A DNA stretch of 63,987 bases, filler included, from Octopus bimaculoides (taxonomy: Eukaryota), in assembly GCF_001194135.2 (NCBI RefSeq). It is 6 parts of 6 records of this genome, joined end to end, with 100 filler letters (N's around TTAATTAATTAA, not from the genome) between each part and the next. Parts side by side here need not be neighbours in the genome. Positions count along the whole stretch, not along the records: positions 25,730 to 34,053 come from NC_068999.1; positions 34,154 to 55,244 come from NC_068988.1; 4 more parts are not named here. One strand, 5' to 3'. Below, in pieces: positions 34,034 through 48,981 of this stretch. Position 1 is the stretch's first letter. Each line of letters starts with the position of its first letter. The notes below the pieces were generated by a model, which saw only the letters and a program-made list of their open reading frames with translations, made no database searches and was not told the DNA's origin. The position numbers were made by a program, and so were the translations under genes.

Positions 34034-34804
34034 TTCCTAATAATATTTATGAANNNNNNNNNNNNNNNNNNNNNNNNNNNNNNNNNNNNNNNNNNNNTTA
34101 ATTAATTAANNNNNNNNNNNNNNNNNNNNNNNNNNNNNNNNNNNNNNNNNNNNATGTTCTTATGCTAACTGTATTGAAAGTGTTTTGCGTAGGATGTGTG
34201 CAGTGCCCAGTAGTGCAATTTTCTGTATGTTATATATATTTGTTGATCCTGGTCGTGGGGGTGGCACCGGTGGTGTGAGCAGTGGCAGCGATAACTGTGG
34301 TGGTGGTGGTGGTGGTTCTGAGGACGACGGTGGCGGGCGGGGATGGTGGTTGTATGGAAAACATATAGTCAATGATTATCTCTAAACACACACACACACA
34401 CACACTCTTACATTCACATTCACAAAACCACAAACACGTTTATACCCACGCAAGCGTCAACACACTGTCTCTTACACATACAAAGAAAACACACACACGC
34501 GTATAAACACATTCAAACACTGAGTCATGCATGCGCAAACACACACACACATACATACATACTTTCATATTCGCATACATACATACAAACTGATAAACCT
34601 ACTCATTTGTATTCACTCTCTCTCTCTCTCTTTCTTTCACACACCCCACTCACATACACACACACAACCCCCCCCCACACTCACATACACACACACATAC
34701 TTGAACACAATACACAAACACGTACACACACACACATACAAACAGGATCGTTTAAACAAAGCATATGCAGACTTACAGATATACGCGCATACACATTTAA
34801 ACAC

Positions 34805-34842
<38 letters not shown>

Positions 34843-34938
34843 TAAACACAACACACAGACAAACACTTAAATGCAAAACAAATTCACACAAACACACACA
34901 CAGAGAAACACATACACACACTTAAACACGAAACACAT

Positions 34939-34973
<35 letters not shown>

Positions 34974-35661
34974 AGCATAAAACACACTTAAACACGAAAC
35001 AAGCACACACACACGTAAATCCAAAATTCACGCAGACATAAACTTAAACACAAAATACATCCACGCATACAAGCAGAAATGTGCAGACATACACACACCA
35101 ACACAAAAGCAGCCGCAGCGAGAGGGACGCTCTCAGAAAATCCTCTTTGAGAACGCCTCCAGGTTATGTAAGTGATAAATACATAAAGTTCAGATTGAGG
35201 AGTTGATCAAATAAAATCTCTTTAGCTATGGCGTCCATGCAGTTTAGGAGCCATATGGCACAAGCTTGTTATATTTTGCAGAGTGTTTGGCGTTCTATAT
35301 AACACACGTTAATTAAAAGCATCTCAGTCTATGAAGCTAGTTCACATCGAGAAGAGCTTTCGACATGATTTGGCTCATTTTCGCTTTTGTGCTTGTTGTT
35401 ATTATTGTTTTTATTGCCTTTGCCAGTTTTTGTTGTTGTTTTTCAAGTGGATATCTTTCGTTAACAATAGCAAGAAGGACAAGAAATTGTCAAAAGAATA
35501 AAAAAAGGGGGAAATTACAAAATGTAAAATAACAATGCAATGCAATTATATACACTGTGTCTTTGTATGAGGTGGAGTATATTATAAATTATATACACAC
35601 CAGATGACTGTATGAGACATGTATGCATACATATACATACAGATACACAACACACACACAT

Positions 35662-35695
<34 letters not shown>

Positions 35696-36145
35696 TACAT
35701 ACACACACATATACCGCTACCTAGTCATATATGTGTGTGTGTGTGTGTGTATTTATATTACAGACGTATGTTTATGTGTGTATAAACGAATTTATGTATG
35801 TAGTTAAGCATACATAGATGTGTATACATGTACATACATAAGCACCCATAAACATACATATATGTGCATACGTATGTATGTATGCATGTAAATATATACG
35901 ATATATATATATNNNNNNNNNNNNNNNNNNNNNNNNNNNNNNNNNNNNNNNNNNNNNNNNNNNNNNNNNNNNNNNNNNNNNNNNNNNNNNNNNNNNNNNN
36001 NNNNNNNNNNNNNNNNNNNNNNNNNNNNNNNNNNNNNNNNNNNNNNNNNNNNNNNNNNNNNNNNNNNNNNNNNTATACATATATATATATATACATATAT
36101 GTATATATATATGTGTATATATGTATATATATATATATGTGTATG

Positions 36146-36194
<49 letters not shown>

Positions 36195-36389
36195 ATATAT
36201 ATATAAAACTGTCCGATGAACGGGAACGTGAAACTCCGAGTAACTTTTATTACTATTATTATTATTATTATTATTATTATCATTATTATTATTATTATTA
36301 TTAGGTTGATTTTGCCTTTCATCCTTTCGGGATCGTTCAAATAAGTACCATTTGAATACTGGCGTCGATGTAATCGACTCGTCCTCATT

Positions 36390-37090
36390 CGTGAGAAACT
36401 GAAGTTACGCCGATACAGACATCGACATAATGACCGCATAGCTCGGGAGTGAGAGCACTGAATTGTGAGAATATTTCGGCCCCAACATGGCCAATGAACA
36501 GGTTCGCATAGTTGGGACTCTTTCTCGTTCCCATGGCCACTCCCGAGCCTTGTTGGTAAAACTTGCCCCCGAATGAGAAGCAGTTGAGAGAGAGGACAAG
36601 TTCGGCAGACGAAGAAGTGTCGAGGTGTCAGGTTGAGGGGCGTGCCGAAGGTCAAGGAAATGTTTAAGTGCAAGAAGGCCTTCGTTGTGTGGGACCACCG
36701 TATACAGAGACCTAATGTCGAAAGTGAACAGAAGTTGTGAGGGGCCAGGAGGGAAGGAGAAAGAGTTAAACAGACGGAGGAGAGCCTGATCAGAATCGTG
36801 AATGTGTGAGCGGAGGGAATCCACCCGGAAGACAAGGAAGACACAGTCGAGGTATTTGGAGACCATTTCCGTGGGGCAGTTGCAAGCGGAGACGATGGGG
36901 CAGTTGGGGTTGTTGGGCTTGTGAATTTTGGGAAGAAAGTATATAGTGGGGGTGCGTGGGGTACGGACAATGAAGTTGGAGGCGGTGGGAGGGAGATGGG
37001 AAAAGGAAATGAAGTCATGAACAGTGGACTCCGTTGGTTGTTCGGCGTGGGGTTGGAAGGCAGAAATGTAGTGGTTTGTCTCGGGATTTG
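36390..37090 (-). mobile_element. Penelope-like element reverse transcriptase fragment (frameshifted)
   Basis: YFLPKIHKPNNP, PIVSACNCPTE, SKYLD, FDIRSLYTVVPH, GVAMGTRKSPNYANLF, YVDV (degenerate catalytic DD). Confidence 0.9.
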
Positions 37091-37638
37091 ACCAGGATCT
37101 TATTCAGTTCCTACTCCTGCATTTAGTTCGCTTATTATTACACAAATGCAGCAGAGTATGACAGTAGCTAAACCTTGCTTCGTGGTTTCGACTGACCAGC
37201 TAAAATCTGTGAGTGAACCCAAGGATTATACCTGAGGGTGGAAATGAAACCTGGAATGGTAGAGATTGTTAAAGAGCCAAACAGGTCAACAGACCTGAAG
37301 ACGTGATTGTGAGGTATTCCATCACATATTATCCAAAAAGAAATGCTTTTACACAGAAGTAGCGAGTATTGGCAAGCCGATGTTTTGAAAGAGGGAGAGT
37401 GCCCTGGCTGGTTGGCTAGCTGGCGAGTTGGTTACAAAAGTAGTAAGAACAAAACAACAACAACAAAAGCAGAGACAACAACACCACTAACAGCAACAAC
37501 AGCGACATGCACCTGCACACATAGACACACACACACACACACACACACGCGCGTGTGTGTATTACATCATTCGCTTCGTTCAGTTTTGTTCATCCATCTG
37601 TAGTCTATATTTTACTAAAAGTATATAATTTATAAATA

Positions 37639-37683
<45 letters not shown>

Positions 37684-37829
37684 GTGTGTGTGCGTGTGTG
37701 TGCGTGTGTGTGTCTACGTCTGTTAGTGCATGTTAGAGACGGAATATCTTTTAACAGATAATGTTATATCATAGATTACGTGCACGCACACACACACACA
37801 CACATGCATACCTATACATATGCATAAAC

Positions 37830-37864
<35 letters not shown>

Positions 37865-38063
37865 CAATATAATATAATATGATATAATATAATATAATAT
37901 AATATAATATATATGTGTGTGTGTATGCATATATTTATATGTATAAAATATGTATGTATACATATTCATATTATATGAAGATACATATATATGTCACATA
38001 CATACAATGTATATGTATGTATACATATGTATATGGAGAGAGAGAGGGGGGAGAAAGAGAGAA

Positions 38064-38129
<66 letters not shown>

Positions 38130-38798
38130 CAAGGGGCCAATGTTTGTCAGTTATTCAGTGTTACAGTTTCGTTTATAGATCTCAGTCTTATTTGTTCTTT
38201 AATTTTTAAAGCCATGTCTAACATTTATATCACAACTCCCTTTTCTTTGTCCATTTTGTTTGTTAGGTTTTTATGAGCAAAGTCATCAAAACCACTCATT
38301 TGTTTATTTTCTTTATCAAATCAGTGTATATACACTTGTTTATTTAAAATAATTCTCTTGTTTTCACTGCCTATTGCATCGTAATAGATGCTAAGAGTAG
38401 AAATAATTGCAGCGAGTTATGCATTTCCGCCTATTTGCCTCATAACAAACGGCGATATCGGGAAAGAATAAGAACACAGAATTCAAAATGGAGCGCGCAA
38501 AGAGGATATAAATTATTGTAGAAGCTTATGTTTATTAACTGTGAGCTTATAATTTGATGTTCAACGTGGGGGAAGGGTGGGGTGGGGTGGGGTTTCTATA
38601 TTTTTGTTGTTGTTGTTTTCTTCCTGTCATCTTTGCTGTTGCTCCTTCCACTCTTATTGTTATTGTAGAATATTTTTTTCATTTTGTTGAAGATTTATTC
38701 TCTTAATTCTATTTTTATTACATTTTTACCACCCAACATGTTTAGATACCAGCGAAATGCATTTTCACGAAGTTACGTAAATAGTAGTAGAAGTAGAA

Positions 38799-38799
38799 A

Positions 38800-38832
<33 letters not shown>

Positions 38833-39018
38833 CAGTAGTAGTAGTAGTAGTAGCAGTAGTAGTAGTAGTAGTAGTTGCACCAACATCAGCAGCAACAACT
38901 TCATTAGCAGCAGCAGCTACGTATTGGTAGTAAGCATGAATCATGGCTCATCCCAATTTCTGCTTCTCTCACTTTCTCTCTATTTCTCTCTCTCTCTATC
39001 TCTCTTTCTCTCTCTCTA

Positions 39019-39053
<35 letters not shown>

Positions 39054-39064
39054 TTCTCTCTCTA

Positions 39065-39100
<36 letters not shown>

Positions 39101-39116
39101 GTCTTTCTCCCTATAT
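38799..39116. repeat. (AGT)n/(AGC)n then (CT)n microsatellites
   Basis: Directly visible; source of the poly-Ser and LS pseudo-ORFs. Confidence 0.9.
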
Positions 39117-39392
39117 ANNNNNNNNNNNNNNNNNNNNNNNNNNNNNNNNNNNNNNNNNNNNNNNNNNNNNNNNNNNNNNNNNNNNNNNNNNNNNNNNNNN
39201 NNNNNNNNNNNNNNNNNNNNNNNNNNNNNNNNNNNNNNNNNNNNNNNNNNNNNNNNNNNNNNNNNNNNNNNNNNNNNNNNNNNNNNNNNNNNNNNNNNNN
39301 NNNNNNNNNNNNNNNNNNNNNNNNNNNNNNNNNNNNNNNNNNNNNNNNNNNNNNNNNNNNNNNNNNNNNNNNNNNNNNNNNNNNNNNNNNNN

Positions 39393-39433
<41 letters not shown>

Positions 39434-40490
39434 CGTATGTATATGTGTGTGTGTGTGAATGCATGTGTGTGTGAATGCATGTGTGCATGCGTGTGCGGAT
39501 GTGTGCCTGCGTGCGTGTTTATGCGTATGTGTGTGTATGCGTGTGTAGGAATTTCAGTGATGTATTTGTCAAGCAAGTGATTTTTATCTGAGATTCCGTT
39601 TTCAAACTAAATTAATTATATCGTGAAAGGCTATTATTTGCCATTCAAACATCAAAACTGTTAACTTTAGTCAACTTTTTAAAGGATAAAGCATTCAAAA
39701 ACTCGAGCGGGATTTTGATTATGAGTAGAGGTATTAGTATTTGTCTAACATTTTTCTTGAACGGTGAACAGGGTTCATCACTCTTGCAAATGTTTTTAAG
39801 GGGTACAGTGTTCACAAAACTGAACGGAACTTTCATTGTGCTTGGGAGTACCAGGGGCTAGTTAGTGGTTGTTTCATATTTCTATTACACAATAACAAGT
39901 CTTGTCTCTTTTGTAACTGCTTCTGTGAGTACAGCGTTCATAAACTCTTGTCAGGTCTTGATTATGACTAGAATGACCGCTTAGTATTTGTCTTATATTT
40001 TTGTTGATGTATTAACACAAGACATGGTTGGAAGCTCTAACGACTCTATCAGTCCGCTGGCCAAAATAACGCTTTCTAACATAAGCACCAAGTGAGGTAT
40101 TTGAGCAGTGGGGCCAGGCAATTAAATCAAACCTGTTCTCAAACTGGAATTTCGTTTTATTTTATCGACCATGGAACGATGCAAGGCAGTATTTGAAGTC
40201 AACGTAAACGACTGTAATTAATGGAAGATTTTCTGACGCTCTCACTATTCTGTCGTTCAAATAACTGTTTTGTAATGCAAAGAACAACGCCACAGACTTG
40301 TGTGGAGGTGGTTTGCAGATTAATTGCCCTTAGTACCTGATTAGTACTTTATTTCATTGACCCTGGAGTATAGAAGATAAAGTTGACTTTAGCTGTATTT
40401 GAACTCGGAATTCAAAAGAATGGAGCAAATAACACAAGGCATTATGCCCGACGCTCTGACCGTTCTGCTATTCCAATAATAATAAATACC

Positions 40491-40535
<45 letters not shown>

Positions 40536-40666
40536 CGTGCGTGCCTCTCTGAGTGTGTGTGTGTGTTTGAGCATCTCTGTATGCATTTGTGTGTGTATGT
40601 GTGTGAGTGTATATCCATGTGAGTGCGCATGTGTGTGTGTGTGTGTGTGCGCGTGCACCTACGCTC

Positions 40667-40711
<45 letters not shown>

Positions 40712-42857
40712 TAGGCCGTTTGTGAGTCTAGTGCTTGTTTAGTTGCCAACTTGCGGTTTGCATATTTCCAATGAATGAGTGAACGCATAAAAGTTTGTGA
40801 TTTTTATTCACTGTTGCGTACAGAGTTGCGTATTTCTGGAATGGCATGTTGATAGAGTGGGGCGGGTGGGGAGAGCAATAGGGAAACGATGAATGTCAAT
40901 TAGACAGAAGAATTAGGCAAAGAAATTGGTGTTTAACGAAGACTAAAATTACGATGAATTGTAGCTGTTGTTATTTAGCCCTAGGCCAGATCTAACTGAG
41001 AACACCTATGATCAATAGCCTTCCAGTTGTGACCATTTGGCTCTTCTCTTGGATACTGGAATCGGGCAACACATTTTCCAATGCCTTCTGTTTCTGAAGA
41101 CAGCATGGTATAATTTAAGGAGCTATTGGCTGCTATTTCTTGCAGAGCGTGCGATCGTGTAGAGGCCATATTGTTGACCACTGAATTAAATAACTGTACA
41201 AAAGTGCGTGTAAAACAAAAGACTTTTTGGTATTTATCGTGACTGTAGATTTGTAACGAAAATATCGGTCGTAATATGAAGGCGTTTTTCTTGGCAGTCA
41301 TCGCACGCGATTTCGAGTGAAAGGAAAAGAGATAGAGTGAACAATATCCGGACTCTGAATTAGAATCACAAATAGTTTCGAATGCATCTTGGAGAGACCT
41401 GATTGAGGGCGACACCGTTCTTCTAAAGTTTAACATGAAACGTTTATGTCACCCCCAGTAATACTGCCAGATCAAGGATTTTAGGACGTTGTCAATGGAT
41501 TTCGGGTTGAAAGTGCTACAGAATTCAGAGTCTATCCCAAACGTCACTCCTGAACATGTTTTCTTTCTCATCATTAAACTTCAACAGAATGCAAGAGTTT
41601 CTATGCCATTGACAGCACTGTGCAACAAGTAAAGAACTGTGAGATAACATTCCAAATTGCAGATGAAAAGTCTTTCACTCTCTCATCTCAGAGCACCTGT
41701 CTTTGCTGCTCCGTGTTTTGTATTGAGAAATTGTGATCACTACTTTTGCTGCAGACACATTGGTAGTGATGTCTTTTATAGTCGTCCTAGTTGCTGACTT
41801 GTCCCACGTCTAACCAATCGTTGTTTCTTTTAGCTATACTCTAAATCTATTAGCTATACTCTAAGCTCTCTTTAAATAAGCACGCCACCGGCTGTTAACG
41901 ATATCTCCCACCGCCACCTCTTTCTCACTAATTTAGTTCCTGTAAGTTTTCCGCACTGCGAATAACATGACCAGCTTGGAGAAACCAGTCCCCGATCTTG
42001 ATTGATTGATCACGTTACAATTTAAGGTCGTTCAGATAAATATGCACACTGCCAATGCCTTACTGATTTCGGCTGACAAGAGTAAACGATGTCGAAACGC
42101 TGTGTCCCAGTCTCCCTTGCACCAATGAATCAAATGTGTTATTAACAAAGCATATTCGTCATAAAGGAGAAGTTGTTCTGTAATGGAACACAGCAGTGGT
42201 TGGCATATTCGCGTTCGAATATGCCTGAATATATTAAGAATAATTATATAAGTCATATTTTAGTTTCTCGCTGTTCGTGACGATTTGTTTTGTCAATAAG
42301 CATACTTTGAAACATTTCGATTCCATGCTGATATCCGCCACCATTATTTGGTTCTTTTGATCTGCACTTTACAAGTTGCTCTTATTTCCCCCTCCGCTAT
42401 TTCGTTTGTTTCTCAATCGCTGACATCCAGGTCAATCATTTCAACCACTTTACCGGTTCTGCTGGCATATTTCACCATTATTTCATTTGACGCTCTGCTG
42501 ATTCTGCTGTCATCCACCACCTTCGATGAACTGAGTTCGAATTGTTTGTATATTTGGGTTTTTATTTGTCCAACAGTAAACAGACTTTCATTTAAGATAA
42601 ACTGTCAATGGAGTGTTGGGGAGGGTGGTCGGTCGGGTGAAAAAGGCGACCAGCTATCAGTAAAAGTTTTCCAGTCTAAAGAGGGTGTTGTGTTTCTTGA
42701 AACAACATGTCACTTAGCAATATCACAGCTAAGGTTATATGAGGGGAGGGCATCCCCATTCAGGCTTCAGGGCTGGGGAAGGGTAGTGAGAAAAACAGAG
42801 AGAAAGAATTTTTTAAAAAATGGAAAGAAGCTAGAAAGAGTAGCAGGAAGAAGGAAA

Positions 42858-42900
<43 letters not shown>

Positions 42901-43117
42901 NNNNNNNNNNGAAAGAGAGAGAAAGAGAGAGATAGAGAGAGAGAGAGAGAAAGGAGGGAGGAATATTAAACACGAAAGAAAGAGAGAAGAAAGAAAAAAG
43001 AAACACTGGGATAAGTGTATAGAAATAATGAAATGAAGAAAAGCAGGAATAAGTTAAGAAACAATGAACGAGAGACAGCGAAGAAATGAATGAATAAATA
43101 AAAGAAAAAGAAAGGAA

Positions 43118-43171
<54 letters not shown>

Positions 43172-44068
43172 CGGAAAGAAAGAAAGAGAAAAAGAGTATG
43201 AAGGGAGGAAAGAGTAAGAGTGAAAGAAACAATGAACGAGAGACGGAGAAGAAATGAAATGAAAGAGAAAGAAAGAAAGAAAGACTGGAGGAAAGAAAAA
43301 GAAAGATGAAAATGNNNNNNNNNNNNNNNNNNNNNNNNNNNNNNNNNNNNNNNNNNNNNNNNNNNNNNNNNNNNNNNNNNNNNNNNNNNNNNNNNNNNNN
43401 NNNNNNNNNNNNNNNNNNNNNNNNNNNNNNNNNNNNNNNNNNNNNNNNNNNNNNNNNNNNNNNNNNNNNNNNNNNNNNNNNNNNNNNNNNNNNNNNNNNN
43501 NNNNNNNNNNNNNNNNNNNNNNNNNNNNNNNNNNNNNNNNNNNNNNNNNNNNNNNNNNNNNNNNNNNNNNNNNNNNNNNNNNNNNNNNNNNNNNNNNNNN
43601 NNNNNNNNNNNNNNNNNNNNNNNNNNNNNNNNNNNNNNNNNNNNNNNNNNNNNNNNNNNNNNNNNNNNNNNNNNNNNNNNNNNNNNNNNNNNNNNNNNNN
43701 NNNNNNNNNNNNNNNNNNNNNNNNNNNNNNNNNNNNNNNNNNNNNNNNNNNNNNNNNNNNNNNNNNNNNNNNNNNNNNNNNNNNNNNNNNNNNNNNNNNN
43801 NNNNNNNNNNNNNNNNNNNNNNNNNNNNNNNNNNNNNNNNNNNNNNNNNNNNNNNNNNNNNNNNNNNNNNNNNNNNNNNNNNNNNNNNNNNNNNNNNNNN
43901 NNNNNNNNNNNNNNNNNNNNNNNNNNNNNNNNNNNNNNNNNNNNNNNNNNNNNNNNNNNNNNNNNNNNNNNNNNNNNNNNNNNNNNNNNNNNNNNNNNNN
44001 NNNNNNNNNNNNGTTGTGGGAAGGCTTTGTCAATGATGATGATGATCATGATCGTGATGATGATGATC

Positions 44069-44099
<31 letters not shown>

Positions 44100-45639
44100 G
44101 GAGGAGGAGGAGGAGGAGGAGGAGGAGGAGTATGTGTTGTTTTTATTTGTGTTTGTGTTTGCACACCCATGGCGCTTGAAACTGGAGTTGGTTTGTTTAC
44201 GTCTCTGTTACTTAGCTGTTTGGCAAAATAAGCCGATAGAATAAGTACCAGATTTTAAGAAGTACTCGGATCAATTTATTCTACGAAAGCTTTCAATGTG
44301 GTGCACCAGCATGGCCTCACCTCTGTGACTGAAACCAGTAACAGAAGGTAAAAGATAAGCTTAAGCGAAATCTACTTTATGGATAGCATGGATCAGGAGG
44401 ACTAAAGTACATTAGAATATGAGAAGATCTCACTGTGAGCTAAATAAGAATGTGAATACATTCACTCTCACTGATGTACGGGCAAAAAGAAAGAGAGAGA
44501 GTTTCCTCACAGATATTATTTAATTAATGGCGAGCCGTCAAAAGCATCAATATGTAAGTTAGAATATCCACTACGATGCTCAGCTAGTTTACGACTGCTT
44601 TATAAGTAGTTGATGTGTGATGATAAAGAACGAAAACTGAGTGTGTATTCTCTGAAGAGTGGTTCATCGGAGGGTTTTCCCCCAACATTTTTGCGCATAA
44701 GTATTATAGAAAAACATTGTTTACATTCTTATCTCACTCGTGGTGAGGCTTTATAATATTTTTCTTTCTGTCTTTTGATTCCGCTGTACCATGGATAAAT
44801 AGGTATTGAGCCGTAGAAATATGTAAATTAGGCTACCTACCAAACTTTAATTCAAAACTACGTCATAAGCAGCTGTTCTGCACTTTTGATTGAGAAAAGA
44901 AGCCGGGTACGCCTCCTCTGAGGAGTGTTTAACAAACTGTGAAACTGTCTGACAGGAGACTCATTCGTTCTTGTTTCAGCATATCAAAAGCATAAAAGGA
45001 ATGTGTTTACATAGTTATTTAACTACAGTGAGGCTTTATAAAATTTACTGAAGAGTAAGAAAGAAAAGCGAAACTACACAACAGCACAAGTGATTATAAT
45101 TAAGAATAAATTTCTAATCTTGCTCAAAAACAATTTCGAGAATTTATCTCGCCATTGACACACAAATAATTGCAATTTTAATCTAGTTATTGCACCTGCA
45201 TACTCCTAATTAAGTGTTATAAACCCAAAATTTGATTAAAGAAAATTAAGAAATATAATTTTTATCGAATCAATTGATTCATAATGCTCCATAGCCTTGT
45301 TAATTAATCTCAGCGTTATGTTGTTCTTGTTGTTCTTATAACTGTTGTTTAGCTCCGGGTCAAACTTGATGCGCCAAAAATATAATCAAAGACATTCTAG
45401 CATTGATAAACAAGGCATTTTCAGGGCAAATCTAAGGAATTAACATAAAGGAATTAAGAGAGTGGTTAGCGTGTCGAATGGATTACCTTATAACGCTAGT
45501 TCCGGTTGGCTGCATTTTGGGTTCAAATCCCTTCGACACACTTTATCCGTTCAGTGTCGATAAATACTGGGGCGATTTATATTCCCCCACTTTCTCCCTT
45601 CCTCAATCTCTCCCTTCCTCAATCTCTCCCTTCCTCAAA

Positions 45640-46552
45640 GGTCATCAATGAAGTGGCCAACCGGGCATGCCTTCATTCAGATCTACTGGCTGTCATCCAA
45701 ACGGCGGAAGAGAATAATATGCTGCTGAACGAGGACACATTTTTGGTAATCCATTTCGGAAAAGAGGATATCTCGAAACTCCCATACTCCCTTCCTTCAG
45801 GTGAAACTCACGTCCAACAACATCAGAGACTTGTGCATAAGCTGGGTTGCTCATGTAAACATGGCCCGCAGAATGTGTTCCTGGATTCTCAGAACTTTCC
45901 AGTCGTGAGTTATCCACACCATTATCCTTCTCTTCTCTACTTTTGTCCGATCCCACCTTGAATATTGTTGTCCACTGTGGTCTCCCCACATTAAACAAAG
46001 TATCATGAATACTGAAGCACCTCAAAGGTCAATTACAAAAAAGATAGATAGCATGACAGGCCCTGACTATTGGGGTCGACTAGAAAAGCTCTAGCTTTAT
46101 TCTTTCCAACGCCACCGTGAGTGTTACATCATTTCTACATCATTTGCATGATGGAGAAAATATTCCATCAGCATTTCCCAAATGATGCTGGCATCACCTT
46201 TAAGATACACCCAAGACTTGTGCCCTGTGTTATTCGCTCACAACATAAATCGCACTGGCATCTCATAACAATTACGGCACAATCATTTCACCTCAATTGG
46301 CCCCGCTCTCTTTAACATTACACCAAAACACCTTAAAGCAGAAACAGTCCCCATAAAGTTCAAGAAGTCTTTGGACAAATTCCTTCAATAAATCCCAGAT
46401 AAATCTCCAAAACTCTGATATGTCTCCGTAAACAATAACTTTCTCCTTGAGTGAGCTATGTTGTCCGATTTCTGATTTGAAGACTTTGCCAGATGGTGCT
46501 ATTAAGTTAGACATGGCCTGGGCCAATACTGGCCGAAATCTATCAAAGTCAA
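45640..46552 (+). mobile_element. CR1/L2-group LINE 3' fragment (RT C-terminus plus 3'UTR)
   Basis: LHSDLLAV...AEENNMLLNED, YWGRLEKL*LYSFQRHRE, GPALFN, FKKSLDKFL..IPDK across shifted frames. Confidence 0.8.
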
Positions 46553-47110
46553 GTATCATGCATATATGCATACACACATACACATACATACACACATACA
46601 CATACACATACATACATACATACATACATACATACATTAACATATTGACAGTTACAGGTAGTAGCACCAGTTTGTATACCTGTAATTAGCTTTAAATGTT
46701 TTCCTTACCAACTCTATTTCTCCGTATTTACTTTTATCTTCCTCTTTTTTTTAATTCTTATTTTTCTTCTTTTTTTTCTTTTTTCTTTTTCTTTATATAT
46801 ATATTTTTCCCCTCTCGCGCTTGTGTCGGTTCCTCGCAAGCCGTAACATTCCGTCACGAAAGATTTGGCGAACTTCTTTTTACAGAAAACGAACAGCTGT
46901 AAATATTACACAAAGACAAAATAGAATGGAGCGAAGGAAAGTAATATGGCTTTGTTAAACAAACAGTTTTGATGGCTACATTCGTTTGTAAGAGAAAGCA
47001 ATGGGAGTGAGAGGTAGAGGCTGGGAGACGTAGGGCGGGGAGACATAGAGATGGAGATACGGAGAGATGGATGGTGGTATCAGCGGAGGAGGAGTCGAAG
47101 TTATTGGTGA

Positions 47111-47150
<40 letters not shown>

Positions 47151-47582
47151 CGTATGATGAATATATTATGCGTAGCACGGAAGGATTGTTGGGTGTATGG
47201 TGGAGGGGTTTTACAAATTTAGTTTTTTCACGTGAGAGAGAATGGGGAGTAAGAGAGAGAAAGAGAGACTGACAGAGAACCGAGAGACGGATATNNNNNN
47301 NNNNNNNNNNNNNNNNNNNNNNNNNNNNNNNNNNNNNNNNNNNNNNNNNNNNNNNNNNNNNNNNNNNNNNNNNNNNNNNNNNNNNNNNNNNNNNNNNNNN
47401 NNNNNNNNNNNNNNNNNNNNNNNNNNNNNNNNNNNNNNNNNNNNNNNNNNNNNNNNNNNNNNNNNNNNNNNNNNNNNNNNNNNNNNNNNNNNNNNNNNNN
47501 NNNNNNNNNNNNNNNNNNNNNNNNNNNNNNNNNNNNNNNNNNNNNNNNNNNNNNNNNNNNNNNNNNNNNNNAATTTCTTTTC

Positions 47583-47757
47583 TATTTGAAAATTGGTTAT
47601 GAAACACGTGTAATCTTTTTATTATATTTATCTTATGATATTTACTTTACTTTATATTATACTCATTTATTGTGCTTTTAATTATTAATTTTTCTATATG
47701 TGATAGTGGATTTTCATCGATGAGTTCTTGAAAATTGGTTATTTTCCCTAAAACTAT
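47583..47757 (+). repeat. AT-rich interspersed repeat (same family as 7897 and 59583)
   Basis: ACACGTGTA...GTGATAGTGGATTTTCATCGATGAGTTC...CCCTAAAACTATATA is shared with 59583-59736. Confidence 0.8.
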
Positions 47758-47758
47758 A

Positions 47759-47789
<31 letters not shown>

Positions 47790-48193
47790 GGGAAAGGCAT
47801 TATTAGTGAAAAGTGAATACAGGTGTATATTTAAAAAGAAAAGTACCTTTGCATGTAAACTTCTTTTTATATACGTATGTATTGACTTTCTTACTGGTGT
47901 GCCTTTCTCTAATGCAAAAATGTAATTTTTCTTCTCAAATAAATTGCCCTCCATATTCGAGGCTCCGATGAAGTTATAGGGTATTATCCAGGCACTCAAG
48001 TATGAGTCCACTGCATCTGAGAGGAGAAACAGCTGTAAGCTAATGGAGCTCATAACATAACCGTTTATTAAATTTTTTTTTTTTTTTTTGTCATCTCTTT
48101 GTGACATTACCGCTCTGTACACTTCTTTCTGAATCATACGTATATTGAGTTTTACACCAGGTTACTAAGCGAAATATTAAGACATATATGTAT

Positions 48194-48348
48194 AGGTGAG
48201 TCTGTGTGGTAAGAACTTTTCTTCCCAACCGCATGGTTCAGGGTTCAGTCCCACCGCGCAGCAACTTGGGCAAGTCTCTTCTACTATAGCCTCGGGCCGA
48301 CCAAATCCTTGTGAGTGGATTTGGTAGACGGAAACTGAAAGAACGTCA
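48194..48348 (+). mobile_element. SINE family B 5' half
   Basis: CTGTGTGGTAAG...TTGGGCAAGT...GCCTCGGGCCGACC...GACGGAAACTGAAAGAA. Confidence 0.85.
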
Positions 48349-48509
48349 TATATATATATGTGTGTGTGTGTGTGTTTGTGTGTGTGTACATATGTATGTA
48401 TGTATATATGTATATATGTGTGTGTGCATACATACATACATACACACATGCACAGACACACAACATACACACGCACGCACATACGCCCACCATCACACAC
48501 ATATATGCA

Positions 48510-48790
48510 TCTGGCATTCCGTCGGTTACGACGACGAGTGTTCCACTTGATCCAATCAACAGAACAGACTGCTCGTAAAATTGACATGCAAGTGGCTGAG
48601 TACTCCACAGACACGCGTGCCTTAACGTAGTTCTGAGGGAGATTCAGCGGGACATTGAACCTGACAAGGCTGGTCATTTGAAATAAAGGTACCACTCATT
48701 TTGCTATACAGGTACTTCTCAACGCGAAATAAAGTGTCTTGCTCAAGGACACAACGCGCCGCCGGGAATTGAACTCACGACCTCACAATG
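48510..48790 (-). mobile_element. SINE family C relative with a CORE-like segment
   Basis: The 3' half matches the reverse of 12700-12855; the head reads GAGTTCAATTCC...GCGTTGTGTCCTTGAGCAAGACACTT on the minus strand. Confidence 0.8.
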
Positions 48791-48921
48791 TTTTTAAATT
48801 TTATAATTTTTTATATATTTACGTGTGTGTGTATGTGTGTGTATTAGGACCGGTTTTGGCCAGTTGGGACTTAAAACACACATACATATATTGAATAGTT
48901 GCTATATTATGAATGTGTATC

Positions 48922-48981
<60 letters not shown>

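Noticed and set aside
40981-41436. 151-aa minus-strand ORF
   Set aside because: Non-ATG start, no recognisable domain, and its 3' end runs into an interspersed repeat fragment.
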